Virus record (IMG/VR): IMGVR_UViG_3300033141_006329
Location: 124,001-188,000 of that record
DNA length: 64,000 nt
Strand: one strand, 5' to 3'
The notes beneath the pieces were generated by a model, which saw only the letters and a program-made list of their open reading frames with translations, searched no databases and was not told the DNA's origin. The position numbers and the translations under genes were made by a program. The number at the start of each line of letters is the position of its first letter. Position 1 is the first letter of the stretch. Positions 9,974 through 19,759 of this stretch are shown here, one piece after another.

Positions 9974-10765
9974 ATGAGTAATTTAATTAATGGTTACAGT
10001 GATATATTGAGTAGAAATAATTTGACAACTAATGGTAGTTTCAGAATAAATCAAAGAGGGAATTTTACTGGTTGGGCACCTTGTGCTGTGAATGATTATG
10101 TGGCGGATTGTTGGCGTGTTATTTATAATGGTTTAGATTATTGTGAAGCTATACAAAACTCAGATGGTTATTTGGGATTAAAAGGATATGGTAAAAAAGG
10201 CCAATACTTTAGACTTAAAAATAAAGATATTAGTAATTTTGGACAAAATGGTAATAACTCCCTGGCGGCGATAACTGGGACAGTAGTAGCATATAACGCA
10301 GTAGGTGGGGGTCCTTTATACGTATCAGGATATCCACGATTTAACAGTAGTGGCGACACAATGATTTTTATAAAAGATACTATATTAAAATCTGGTGAAA
10401 CAACTGAAAATCTGTCTGTTTATACAACTTTATCACACAATTTTAATTACGACCCTCAAATTTTCTTATCATTGAAGGTAACAGGTCAATTTGAAGTTTA
10501 TCTTTATAATTATAGAGAACTAGCCGGTGCATTTAGAAATCCACCAAGTTTTGTTCCTGTCCCATATGCTGAGGATTTACAACGAGCTGAAAGATATTAT
10601 CAGGAAGGTTCTTTTAAAGGTGATGTTTATGTTCCATTTAGAACCAAAATGGCAGGAACCCCCTCAGTTACCTTAAGTTCGGGTAGTGCAAGTGATATAT
10701 CGGCTGATGGGTTTGTAACTGGAAGTAGTACTGGCGTTTATACTTGGACAGCAGAAATAGCATAA
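9974..10765 (+). CDS. Tail fibre-associated protein
   Basis: N...NG.F.I.QRG, Y.ADCW, YAEDLQRAERYYQ and V.F...M...P motifs typical of phage fibre modules. Confidence 0.6.
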   Translation: MSNLINGYSDILSRNNLTTNGSFRINQRGNFTGWAPCAVNDYVADCWRVIYNGLDYCEAIQNSDGYLGLKGYGKKGQYFRLKNKDISNFGQNGNNSLAAITGTVVAYNAVGGGPLYVSGYPRFNSSGDTMIFIKDTILKSGETTENLSVYTTLSHNFNYDPQIFLSLKVTGQFEVYLYNYRELAGAFRNPPSFVPVPYAEDLQRAERYYQEGSFKGDVYVPFRTKMAGTPSVTLSSGSASDISADGFVTGSSTGVYTWTAEIA

Positions 10766-10819
10766 CTTTAACAAAAATTAAAGTCCTACAAAGAGGGGTT
10801 AAAATTCCTTTAACCCCTA

Positions 10820-10834
10820 AGGACAAACTATAAA
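10820..10834 (+). promoter_or_regulatory. Putative late promoter motif AGGACAAACTATAAA
   Basis: Identical to 1412 copy; follows hairpin GGGGTTAAA/TTTAACCCC. Confidence 0.7.
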
Positions 10835-10842
10835 CAATATTG

Positions 10843-10875
10843 AATGGACGAAGGGAAGGTTCCCTGGAAATTAAC
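10843..10875 (+). promoter_or_regulatory. Motif AATGGACGA-hairpin-GGAAATTAAC, copy 2
   Basis: Stem AGGGA/TCCCT; same flanks as copy 1. Confidence 0.5.
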
Positions 10876-10910
10876 CGACTTCAATACAAATTATAAAGGA
10901 GTAAGAAGAA

Positions 10911-11990
10911 ATGAGTTTATTACATGTAACATTTGATGGAGAAACAATTTGTGCAATGAGACCAGAGGATCCCACTAAGACTTTTTCAAGTAGTGATGTT
11001 CCTAGTGGTACGGCATCTGTTATTTATAAGGCTGCCAAAATCTCATCTAAAAGTCATGGTAAAACCTTAACCACTGGTCTACCCACCCTCACATCCGCCG
11101 AAATAGCCACCAAAATATCCGATAGAGTAGATGCCCTTACAGCCGTTACACCCGGCGAAGTTATATATGATGGTACTAGTGATACAATAGGTACTATATC
11201 CACTTATGACGCCGACTTAGACGCTATAGATCAGACAAAAGTCCTAAAACCCACAGCCGCAGAAATCCAAGCAAAAATAGATGAAACAAGAGGATTCACC
11301 GAAGCAGAAGCCCAGCAACATGCTGATCAAGAAAATCATGTAAATTTATGTTCAAGCCTCACGGCAAAATCCACAGGTACTTGTACTATAGATGGTGTTA
11401 CACTTAGTGACTCATCCGCTGATTTTGTTACTGATGTAGTAGCCGCAAATGATACAGTAGTTATTGGTAGTGATATGGCATTTGTTGTAGATAGTACCAC
11501 AGATGAAATTACATTATCACATGCTATCGCTGAAGGTGATTACAACGTATATACACCAATGAGTTTATCCGACGCTATGGCTGCGATGAGGACCAAAGAT
11601 AATGATGGTGATACCATTGATGACTTAACTGATAACGAAGCAGATACAGCCCTTACAGTCGCATCTAAGACCGCTCTCGCAACACAGCAAGTTAATGTTG
11701 TTGTTGATGGTTGTTTAGAAGTTCCGACTCTTTATACAGAATTAGAATCCGGCAATTGTACAACGTCCACTACTACTCTAACTGATGGTACCGCTGACTT
11801 TGTTACTGCTGGTGTAGCTGAAGATGATTTAGTAAAAGTTGATGGTGGTATGTATAAGGTAGCCTCAGTAACTAGTGCTACGGTTTTAGAATTGAAGGTA
11901 GCCCCAGCTCCAGAACTTGCAGAAGCCACATCATATTCCGTATTGAACAGTGCATTTATGGCACAATTTGATTATATAAAATCCGCGTAG
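10911..11990 (+). CDS. Putative virion structural protein with internal duplication
   Basis: Thr/Ala/Asp-rich; TL.D..ADFVT..V...D.V occurs twice; late motif upstream. Confidence 0.5.
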   Translation: MSLLHVTFDGETICAMRPEDPTKTFSSSDVPSGTASVIYKAAKISSKSHGKTLTTGLPTLTSAEIATKISDRVDALTAVTPGEVIYDGTSDTIGTISTYDADLDAIDQTKVLKPTAAEIQAKIDETRGFTEAEAQQHADQENHVNLCSSLTAKSTGTCTIDGVTLSDSSADFVTDVVAANDTVVIGSDMAFVVDSTTDEITLSHAIAEGDYNVYTPMSLSDAMAAMRTKDNDGDTIDDLTDNEADTALTVASKTALATQQVNVVVDGCLEVPTLYTELESGNCTTSTTTLTDGTADFVTAGVAEDDLVKVDGGMYKVASVTSATVLELKVAPAPELAEATSYSVLNSAFMAQFDYIKSA

Positions 11991-12008
11991 TTTAAGAGGA
12001 GATAAAAT

Positions 12009-12341
12009 ATGCCGCCCGATGGTTTGAACCGAGATGATTTAGTCCTGCTCATGGATTCCTATAAGAAACAAGTAGAAGTAAATACTCAGTTACAGAATGC
12101 GCAATCTCATCTTTTAAGTAAGATGAATATGATAATAGATATCCAGAAAAGAACTTGTGAGATTGTAGAACAAAGTTCCAGTAGTTTTTCAATTGGAATG
12201 AATAAACTTGTAGACAGGATGGGTCGAGACAGGGTAGAAAATGTTAGAGATCATAGTGCAATTAAAAATCGTATTTATATCTCAATGATTGGTATGGTAA
12301 CAATAATTGCAACATTAATAGCTTTATTTGTAAAAGGGTAA
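12009..12341 (+). CDS. Small protein with C-terminal TM helix (possibly lysis-related)
   Basis: Coiled-coil-like region plus terminal hydrophobic helix. Confidence 0.4.
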   Translation: MPPDGLNRDDLVLLMDSYKKQVEVNTQLQNAQSHLLSKMNMIIDIQKRTCEIVEQSSSSFSIGMNKLVDRMGRDRVENVRDHSAIKNRIYISMIGMVTIIATLIALFVKG

Positions 12342-12416
12342 TAATATAATCTTTAGGGGGGAGTAAAATCATTATTCCTCTCTGAAGAATTCTAAAAAAA
12401 TCACCAGTGATGTAAC

Positions 12417-12431
12417 AGGACAAATTAAAAA
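12417..12431 (+). promoter_or_regulatory. Putative late promoter motif AGGACAAATTAAAAA
   Basis: Motif copy upstream of lysis genes. Confidence 0.65.
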
Positions 12432-12464
12432 AGAATAAAAATTTAATAAGAAGGAGGGGAAATT

Positions 12465-13025
12465 ATGATACCTATATTAGGTGCGTTGATTGGGGGCCTG
12501 ATGAAGAATGGCTTAGGATTATTGGCTAATGTAGCAAAGAAAAAGGGTAAAGAATTTATAGAAGAAAGGACAGGAATAAGTCTTGACGACACAGATAATC
12601 TTACAGAGGAACAATTGCTAAAATTGAAGCAATATGAGATGGATCATGAGGAAGAATTGCTGAAAATAGCAATAGAAGATAAAAAGCTAAGTATAGAAGA
12701 ACAGAAGATGTTCTTGGGGGATGTTCAAGACGCTCGGGGCATGCAAAAACAGGCTCTGACGGGGCAAGGAGATTTGTTCTCAAAAAGATTTGTGTATTAC
12801 TACGCCGCATTTACTACTATATTTACGTTTATTTATATCTTTTGGATTACTTTTGGAACTATACCAACTGCGAATATTCGCTTTGCTGATACAATTCTGG
12901 GATTTTTAATTGGTTCAATTATTTCGGTTATTATCAACTTTTTCTATGGCAGCAGCGAGGGGTCAAAAGAGAAATCGGAAGAGCTTAAGGATAGTATAGC
13001 TAGTAAGATTAAAGGGGGAAATTAA
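12465..13025 (+). CDS. Holin-like membrane protein
   Basis: DVQDAR.MQ motif, two C-terminal TM helices, FFYGSS; directly upstream of endolysin. Confidence 0.65.
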   Translation: MIPILGALIGGLMKNGLGLLANVAKKKGKEFIEERTGISLDDTDNLTEEQLLKLKQYEMDHEEELLKIAIEDKKLSIEEQKMFLGDVQDARGMQKQALTGQGDLFSKRFVYYYAAFTTIFTFIYIFWITFGTIPTANIRFADTILGFLIGSIISVIINFFYGSSEGSKEKSEELKDSIASKIKGGN

Positions 13026-13027
13026 AA

Positions 13028-13405
13028 ATGGGTATGGTAAGTAAACAGTGGGAATTTCTCCAAGACTTGTGTAAATTGTTAGACAGAGCTAAAGATTTAG
13101 GATTCACGGTAACCGGAGGCGAATTACAAAGACCAATTTCTCTACAGCGTCTTTATGTAAAGACGGGCCGTTCGAAGACTATGCGATCCAGCCATCTAAA
13201 CAGATTAGCTATAGATTTAAACTTCTTTTTAAAGAATGAAAAAGGTAGGTTAAGATTAACTTGGAATAGAGAAGATATCCGACCACTCGGTGATTACTGG
13301 GAAAGCCTTGATCCTAAAAACGTATGGGGAGGGTCATGGCGTGGCCTAATCGATAAAGGTAAATCCACCTTTGTAGATGTTCCTCATTTCGAGAGAAGAT
13401 TATAG
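13028..13405 (+). CDS. Endolysin, peptidase M15 family
   Basis: R...Q..LY..GRS, SSHLNRLAID, WGGSW and DVPHFE zinc motifs. Confidence 0.88.
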   Translation: MGMVSKQWEFLQDLCKLLDRAKDLGFTVTGGELQRPISLQRLYVKTGRSKTMRSSHLNRLAIDLNFFLKNEKGRLRLTWNREDIRPLGDYWESLDPKNVWGGSWRGLIDKGKSTFVDVPHFERRL

Positions 13406-13407
13406 TC

Positions 13408-13833
13408 ATGAAACACCTACAAATAAAATTAACTAAAGCTCAATCAAAATTCTTTTCAAATATATACAAAAAATATGCTTGGATGAAAATGACTACAAAA
13501 AATGATGTCGTATATTTTCCTGAAGATAATATTGTAGATGTTTGTATGTTAGTTGATAATGGAGGAACGGGTAATAGTTTTAGATCACTGAGGACAAAAT
13601 TGGATAAGGTCATTAAAACATATGATCCGCTCATACAAGCTGGTATAAAAGAAAGTATAGAAACAGGTAAGGCTTTACAATTAATCAAATTAGAAAAGGA
13701 TTTAGCTAGACTTACAAAAAAAGAAGAGCAAATAAAAGAGTTAGAGATCAAGAAGAATTTCAATGCCAAAATTACCGAAGAGAAGAAACAAGAAGGATAT
13801 AAAACAGTAACTATGGAGGTATATGAGATATAA
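13408..13833 (+). CDS. Hypothetical protein
   Basis: 141-aa ORF in operon. Confidence 0.55.
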   Translation: MKHLQIKLTKAQSKFFSNIYKKYAWMKMTTKNDVVYFPEDNIVDVCMLVDNGGTGNSFRSLRTKLDKVIKTYDPLIQAGIKESIETGKALQLIKLEKDLARLTKKEEQIKELEIKKNFNAKITEEKKQEGYKTVTMEVYEI

Positions 13834-13914
13834 TGGGTATAAGAGGTTCACAGATAAAGGGTAAAGAGGAAGAGTCCGAGATAAAAGAAAAACCAGAAGA
13901 AAAGGAGAAAGACA

Positions 13915-14439
13915 ATGAGTAAAAAGAAAAAGTTAACAACCGAAGAAATTTTAGAAGATATGAAAACTCGTATAGTGGTTAAGGATCACGAAAGAACAAA
14001 AGAGTTTAAAAGTGCTTCTAAATTATTAGAAGAAGGAACAATTTCTAAGGGTGTGTTTAAAAAGATATTGGAAGCTGACCGAAATATAAAAGTCATGACG
14101 CCACAAGAATATGATAACTTACCTACATTTGATGGACAGTTTATAAAAACCAAAACCAAAGAAGAGATTAGTAAGTATATAGAAGGACCATTTAAAATGG
14201 GTGAGAGAGCCTCAGAGAAATATGCCATGATAATGATAGGCGAGCTTGAATCGTATGGCCAACTGCATGAGTTGGATACTGAACCAGATGGCATCGAACC
14301 TCATATAAGATTTAATACTCGTATGATAGCCCTCACCGATACAAAATCTACGACAGAAGAAGCAGGTGAAGTTGTATGGTCAGATGATCCAGATATAATT
14401 GAAAACAGGATAAAAGAAATATCCAGAGATATATCTTAG
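13915..14439 (+). CDS. Hypothetical protein
   Basis: 174-aa ORF with AGGAG RBS. Confidence 0.6.
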   Translation: MSKKKKLTTEEILEDMKTRIVVKDHERTKEFKSASKLLEEGTISKGVFKKILEADRNIKVMTPQEYDNLPTFDGQFIKTKTKEEISKYIEGPFKMGERASEKYAMIMIGELESYGQLHELDTEPDGIEPHIRFNTRMIALTDTKSTTEEAGEVVWSDDPDIIENRIKEISRDIS

Positions 14440-14453
14440 TTAGGAGAAATAAA

Positions 14454-14699
14454 ATGGAACAAAAAACAGAAACGAAATCAGGAATAAAACCAGGTTGGCA
14501 ATCGACAGAATTTTGGATAACAATTGGGTCTATATTATTGGGCATACTTGTACTGACAGGAGTATTAACCCCTGCTCAATCCGCAGCAAATATGGTTATA
14601 GTAGAGAGAATAGCAGCCTCCCTAATGGTAATATTACCTCAATTGGGTTATAGTATTTCTAGAGGGAAAGTAAAATCTTTAGATGTATTGAACAAATAA
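14454..14699 (+). CDS. Small two-TM membrane protein (holin-like)
   Basis: KPGWQSTEFW then two hydrophobic helices and YSISRG. Confidence 0.5.
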   Translation: MEQKTETKSGIKPGWQSTEFWITIGSILLGILVLTGVLTPAQSAANMVIVERIAASLMVILPQLGYSISRGKVKSLDVLNK

Positions 14700-14740
14700 T
14701 AGGCGCGTCTCAGAGGGGTGACGATTCCTCTGTTTATCAT

Positions 14741-14777
14741 AGGGAGGAGGAAGATTTTATACTCCTCCCCTTTTTTC
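14741..14777 (+). terminator. Intrinsic terminator
   Basis: GGGAGGAG/CTCCTCCC stem followed by T6. Confidence 0.7.
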
Positions 14778-14803
14778 ATATATATAGGACCAATCATCTT
14801 AAA

Positions 14804-14818
14804 AGGACAAACTAAAAA
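14804..14818 (+). promoter_or_regulatory. Putative late promoter motif AGGACAAACTAAAAA
   Basis: Motif copy. Confidence 0.65.
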
Positions 14819-14830
14819 TAGGAGGTGATA

Positions 14831-15013
14831 AATATGGCAGTAGCAGAAGAATATATTAATAATTTACTTAAGAACATTATAAACCAAAGAGAAGTACCCG
14901 TAAGAGCTGCAAAATTTATGGTTGGAAAAATTGGAAATGATGATGATCCGAATACTAAATTAATACAGAATAGATGTGATTGCAAACAGGCCGATGTAAA
15001 GGATAAGGAATAA
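14831..15013 (+). CDS. Hypothetical protein
   Basis: Short ORF after GGAGGTGA RBS; exact start uncertain. Confidence 0.45.
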   Translation, partial: NMAVAEEYINNLLKNIINQREVPVRAAKFMVGKIGNDDDPNTKLIQNRCDCKQADVKDKE

Positions 15014-15035
15014 TCTATAATTAACGAGGGGCGAA

Positions 15036-15329
15036 ATGAGGATAGATAAAATTAGACAAAAAAAAGAAAACAAACCTATCAATGAAGGATTTATAACTGA
15101 CGCTATAAATAACTATATTGATAAAGTCATATTCCCAAAAAATTTGGTATTTAGAAAACTTGCCCTTATAGAGAGTAAGTTTAATAAAGAATATGAAGAT
15201 GTCACTAAGTTAATAGTTCAAGGAAATAAATCTATCAACGAACTTATAGGCAAATCAGAGGTTTTAAACAACCGTTGCAATAGTTTGTTATACAGATTGC
15301 GAATGGAATTTTCTGGTAGTGAACATTAG
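15036..15329 (+). CDS. Hypothetical head-associated protein
   Basis: INE motif; upstream of capsid gene. Confidence 0.45.
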   Translation: MRIDKIRQKKENKPINEGFITDAINNYIDKVIFPKNLVFRKLALIESKFNKEYEDVTKLIVQGNKSINELIGKSEVLNNRCNSLLYRLRMEFSGSEH

Positions 15330-15365
15330 TGAAAATCCATATCCCGACGGCAATGACATTTACAA

Positions 15366-15380
15366 AGGACAAACTAAAAA
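15366..15380 (+). promoter_or_regulatory. Putative late promoter motif AGGACAAACTAAAAA (capsid operon)
   Basis: Motif copy followed by AGGAGG RBS. Confidence 0.7.
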
Positions 15381-15399
15381 ACAAGGAGGATATTTCCTG

Positions 15400-15807
15400 A
15401 TGGAAATTTCGAAACTTATAGAATGTAACGGACACAATACATCTACCGAAGATTTATTATCATACTTGTCTCAAATAGTTCTCACTCAGACAGATGAAAA
15501 GATTGAACAGAAGAGAAGAACTTTGGACACTGTTAAGGAGTCAGTCTCTGAGTCAAAGGATGATTTAAAAATCTTAAAGGAGAGATTAATACGTGTGAGG
15601 TCTGAACAACGACGATTAGATGCGCTTTATAAGGTACTCAAATTAATCGACAACCTAAAACAAGAGGGTGTCATGATTGGAGCCAATAAAGCAAAGATCT
15701 CAAATTTATTGTACAAGGTTCAGGATCAAGATGTGAAGAGTTTGATTAAATTAAAATCTAGGCTCTCTACATATATTCCCGATCACAGCAAAATAACTAT
15801 GTCCTAA
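15400..15807 (+). CDS. Coiled-coil protein, possible scaffold
   Basis: Start moved to ATG 15400 (RBS and promoter motif lie upstream); immediately before capsid gene. Confidence 0.55.
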   Translation: MEISKLIECNGHNTSTEDLLSYLSQIVLTQTDEKIEQKRRTLDTVKESVSESKDDLKILKERLIRVRSEQRRLDALYKVLKLIDNLKQEGVMIGANKAKISNLLYKVQDQDVKSLIKLKSRLSTYIPDHSKITMS

Positions 15808-15821
15808 AGGAGGATAACTTA

Positions 15822-17282
15822 ATGAAACATTTATTGAAAGAAACTTACGACCGAACCAAAAGGATGACTGGTATTGATGTACGGTCTCCACAGGGGTTCA
15901 AACAAACTTTAGCAGATCCTAATGCATTTAAGGTTTATGCAAAATCATTATCCGAAGGTCTTGACAAACAAGATCAAGAGGATTTCATGCTGTTAGCAGA
16001 GTGTACTCGTCAGGCATTGATGGAAAATTCTATGTTCCAACTCAATCCTTATGAGACATTAACTATGCCTGTATTACGTAACTTTTATCCCCGCCTTATA
16101 GCTAGGGAATTAGTAAACGTTATGCCTATTGATAAACCTGATGTAATTAAGGGTTTTATTCATGCGAAATTTAAGAAACATGGCGAATCCGCTTTTGATC
16201 ATAATTTCCCAAGTACAGCTACAGATATTTCTCGTGGTCCTTCTGTTGGTATTAATGTAACTAAGACTGCCAATATTGGTACTACTGATATTCTAGCTGA
16301 AGCTGGACTAAGTTCAAGTCAGAGTCATGTGGAACACGATTTTCATATCACTGGTATTTATGATGCAACATCTGGTAGCCCAGCGGTTGTTGATATTATT
16401 CCTACTGTCGATGGTATGTTTTCAGAGACGGTTACTACAGCAAGTCATGAGACTGATGTAATTTCTGGTCACATCGACTTTTTGAATGGAACAATTACGT
16501 GGTCTTCTGCTAATGGTGCGGTTACAGCTATTCGTTATACTGCTGTATGTTCATTAGAAGAGAATCAAATTAATCCTACTGTGAAATTTGAAGTAGAAAA
16601 AATTAGATTTACGACCGTAGATCGAAGAATATCTGCTGAATGGACAATCAACATGGAGCAGGATGTGAAGGCTCTGTGGGATCTGTCATTACAGGGAGAA
16701 TTCGTTAATATAATTGGTGAGCAGATTGCATTGGATATCGATCGTGAGATCATTAATGCTCTCGTGGCTGCTAATGCTGCTTTAAACCCAGCATCTCATA
16801 CACAAACATTTAACCTTTATCCGCCTACAGCTTTTACGTGGGGAAGGAAAATGTGGTATGAGAATGTTATTCCTACACTCAATAACTTAAGTGCACAAAT
16901 TTATAATAGTACATTAATGGGTCCTGCTAATACTTTAGCATGTAATCCTCTTGATGCTGCTGTATTTGAGTCTTTAAATAGTTTTGAGTATACTGGTAAT
17001 AGTGTTGACGGTGGTGATGTTGGATATAGAAGTGCAACTGTAACTGGTGGAAAATGGAAAATACTGGTAAGCTCTATTGTACCACAAGGTAAAGTAATAG
17101 CTAAATATCGTAGTTCTGATTTATCTCGTGCGGCATACGTGTATGCCCCATACGTGCCAGCCCTACTTTCGCCGTATCCTTTGGGAAATATTCCCTCATT
17201 GACAATTTTAACTCGCTATTCGAGTAAAGTTATTCGTCATAAGGCTCTTGGTGTTCTTAATATTACTGATGTTGCTCCTTAA
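15822..17282 (+). CDS. gp23: Major capsid protein, T4 gp23-like
   Basis: P.LIARELVNV.P, R.ISAEWT...EQD..A, IA..IDREII, YVYAPYVP and LTRY motifs. Confidence 0.93.
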   Translation: MKHLLKETYDRTKRMTGIDVRSPQGFKQTLADPNAFKVYAKSLSEGLDKQDQEDFMLLAECTRQALMENSMFQLNPYETLTMPVLRNFYPRLIARELVNVMPIDKPDVIKGFIHAKFKKHGESAFDHNFPSTATDISRGPSVGINVTKTANIGTTDILAEAGLSSSQSHVEHDFHITGIYDATSGSPAVVDIIPTVDGMFSETVTTASHETDVISGHIDFLNGTITWSSANGAVTAIRYTAVCSLEENQINPTVKFEVEKIRFTTVDRRISAEWTINMEQDVKALWDLSLQGEFVNIIGEQIALDIDREIINALVAANAALNPASHTQTFNLYPPTAFTWGRKMWYENVIPTLNNLSAQIYNSTLMGPANTLACNPLDAAVFESLNSFEYTGNSVDGGDVGYRSATVTGGKWKILVSSIVPQGKVIAKYRSSDLSRAAYVYAPYVPALLSPYPLGNIPSLTILTRYSSKVIRHKALGVLNITDVAP

Positions 17283-17324
17283 TAAATCAAAAAATAATTT
17301 TGGCTAATATGCCTAATTAAAAAT

Positions 17325-17360
17325 AAAGTCCCTAGATCATTTCTGGTATAGGGACTTTTT
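17325..17360. terminator. Intrinsic terminator between convergent genes
   Basis: AAAGTCCCTA/TAGGGACTTT stem with T tract. Confidence 0.75.
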
Positions 17361-17384
17361 CTTTCAAAAACCTAATTTAAATAA

Positions 17385-18830
17385 TTATTCTATCATTATT
17401 ACATTTTGATCTGAACTCTTAAAAAGTTCAATATTATGTATAACGATATCATCAATGGGTACACTACTAACATTATCCATATTTTTAAATCTTATAACTC
17501 TCCAACCTATCTGATTAAACTGAAAATCTCTATAATCATCTCTATCTTTATCTTGATGATATCTTGATCCATCTGACTCAACAATTATATTTAAACTTGA
17601 AATCACTATATCAGCAGTTCTGTTTATTTCAAAAAACGGTACTTCTAACTCTGCGTCTGGATAATATTTCTTAATAATCTTATATAAAGCTTTTTGGGGC
17701 TTGGTGGTGTTTGTAGTGTTAAATGAATTTACATATGTTGCAAATCCGCTTAAAAACTTCAAACTCTGCTTTTTTCTATATTCATCACTCCCAGTATAAC
17801 CTTCATATTTGACCCCCTCCCTTTTGCACTGTGGGCACCGGGTAAAACTATCTGCACATAATCTTGATTTAAATACTACATTACAATGTCTACAAGTCAT
17901 AAATTTAAAACCAATCGGATGACCCAACGAACCACCAATAATGCCACCAATTCTTGACATTTCTATAAAATGTTTACTAAAAAGAGGAGCATTTGAATAT
18001 TTTAATTTATATTCACTTAATGTCATATCATGTTTAGCCAGATGTTTATGATCTATTCGACCATAAGCTTTCCAACAAACCTGACAAACTATTCGTTTAT
18101 CATCAACCTCCAGTTGATTGGGATATGTCATATTATTACAATCTGGGCATATTTCATTTTCATAGTTTATAGCAACTCTAACCTCTCTATCACATACTGT
18201 GCATTGAATAGTTTTATTTTTAAATTTCTCAATATGCATAGCGTTTTCATTATCATATTCGTTTAACATGGTTCTCCTAGTTTTATCTCCAGAAGACCCA
18301 GCCATACCTATACCGCCATATCTTATAGTACAGGTTTCTAAAATTTTATCATTGACCCCATCTATACCACGGGCATTTGTTACATCCTCACCATATCTTT
18401 TTTGTAACGTTTCTATACGAGCTACATTAGCATGTTCATGAGTTCTCCCATCAGGATCTTCTTTTCCAGCCCTTTTACAATGATCACAAAATCCAAATTT
18501 TCCATGATTGCCATTAACTGTTAAATCATCATCGGGACAATCATCATCTTCATGATAAAAACATTTTACTATTTTGGATGCAACTGCACTATTCTTTCCC
18601 CTCATAACTCTTTTTTGTTGCTGTTCATACGTCATTGTTATCCAATCAGGAAATTCTGTCCTTACATCCTCTAATGTTTTTCCATGCTTTCTTACATGCT
18701 TCCCATCTAAAATTTGTTTACCTTTCCCATCCAATTCCTTACAATAAGGACAGGTTATAGCTTCCGCAACACCAATTAAATTCTTTCCTTTTGCAAATGG
18801 TATCATACTTCTTTTCCTCTCTTCTCTCAT
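17385..18830 (-). CDS. Free-standing homing endonuclease: zinc fingers plus C-terminal Vsr/DUF559-like nuclease
   Basis: Multiple CxxC; ADIV.....IIVESDG..YH...D..RD...GWRVIRF; start may be 18806. Confidence 0.75.
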   Translation of the reverse strand: MREERKRSMIPFAKGKNLIGVAEAITCPYCKELDGKGKQILDGKHVRKHGKTLEDVRTEFPDWITMTYEQQQKRVMRGKNSAVASKIVKCFYHEDDDCPDDDLTVNGNHGKFGFCDHCKRAGKEDPDGRTHEHANVARIETLQKRYGEDVTNARGIDGVNDKILETCTIRYGGIGMAGSSGDKTRRTMLNEYDNENAMHIEKFKNKTIQCTVCDREVRVAINYENEICPDCNNMTYPNQLEVDDKRIVCQVCWKAYGRIDHKHLAKHDMTLSEYKLKYSNAPLFSKHFIEMSRIGGIIGGSLGHPIGFKFMTCRHCNVVFKSRLCADSFTRCPQCKREGVKYEGYTGSDEYRKKQSLKFLSGFATYVNSFNTTNTTKPQKALYKIIKKYYPDAELEVPFFEINRTADIVISSLNIIVESDGSRYHQDKDRDDYRDFQFNQIGWRVIRFKNMDNVSSVPIDDIVIHNIELFKSSDQNVIMIE

Positions 18831-18956
18831 TTAAAATTATACTTTAAAACCTACCATTCTTTAACCTTCTTATTTTTAACATTCATCACACCTCTCTTAA
18901 ATTTGTCCACACCATCATGTGGGATTTTATCCACTCAAAGCAATTTCCTCCTTATA

Positions 18957-19310
18957 TCAGATAATCACTCCTAAGTTAAATAGATCCATAAGACAATCAT
19001 CCAAATCAATTGTTAAATAATAATTAGACTTTATATTTATAATTAATATATATAAATCCTCAATAGAGTTCAACAACAAAAATTTATCAACTATATTAAT
19101 TAGTTCTAATATCATTCTTCTATCTCTCGTAATAATGTAAATATCTATATATTGCATTATTCGTATAGTTGAAATAATCCCGACTGTTAATGTAACATCA
19201 TTATAATCATAGAGCGCATCGATTCTATCGTAAACATAAACAACATGACCATATTCATCATGTAGTTCTTGCCTGTGTATCTGACAATCCCATTTCCACT
19301 TGCTATTCAT
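18957..19310 (-). CDS. Array family protein
   Basis: Ends IDLDDCLMDLFNLGVII. Confidence 0.6.
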   Translation of the reverse strand: MNSKWKWDCQIHRQELHDEYGHVVYVYDRIDALYDYNDVTLTVGIISTIRIMQYIDIYIITRDRRMILELINIVDKFLLLNSIEDLYILIINIKSNYYLTIDLDDCLMDLFNLGVII

Positions 19311-19322
19311 AAAAATATCTCC

Positions 19323-19757
19323 TTATAATTCAGCTCCTTCCTCAAGTAATATATCAAGTGCATTGTGAACATTTATATGATTGGACGATTGCTCTCGCAC
19401 TAATCCAAAAAGAAGTTCAAAACCATAATGCTCAATATATTTTTCTGCTATTTCCATTAGTACTAAAGAAAATCTATCATCAGAAATTTCAAACCATATT
19501 CCATCAGAACTCCTATTAGAACATTTCCAAATAATTATAGCCCACAAAAATCTTCCAGTACTCATAAATTTATATTTTTTTACAATAATCCAGTTATCCC
19601 CTATATTTTTACTTATACCACCTTTATAAATGTCTCCAATATTTTTATTTATATCATACTTAAATTTTTCATCAAAACATTTTATCACATCATACCCTAA
19701 GAGTGACATCAAATATAGTTCCCAACCAAGTTTTTCATAATCTCCTATATCTACCAT
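19323..19757 (-). CDS. Array family protein (YEKLGW subfamily)
   Basis: DYEKLGW...WFEIS.D.F..VL; ends LDILLEEGAEL. Confidence 0.7.
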   Translation of the reverse strand: MVDIGDYEKLGWELYLMSLLGYDVIKCFDEKFKYDINKNIGDIYKGGISKNIGDNWIIVKKYKFMSTGRFLWAIIIWKCSNRSSDGIWFEISDDRFSLVLMEIAEKYIEHYGFELLFGLVREQSSNHINVHNALDILLEEGAEL

Positions 19758-19759
19758 AA

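Noticed and set aside
9914-10875. Hammerhead ribozymes (NNGACGA-stem-GAAA resemblance)
   Set aside because: Core is UGGACGA rather than CUGANGA, there is an extra G before GAAA, and I found no stem I/III partners with a UH site
18894-18908. Minus-strand GGACAAATTTAAGA before endonuclease 17385..18830
   Set aside because: Partial match only; leads into a 12-codon out-of-frame ORF, so not called
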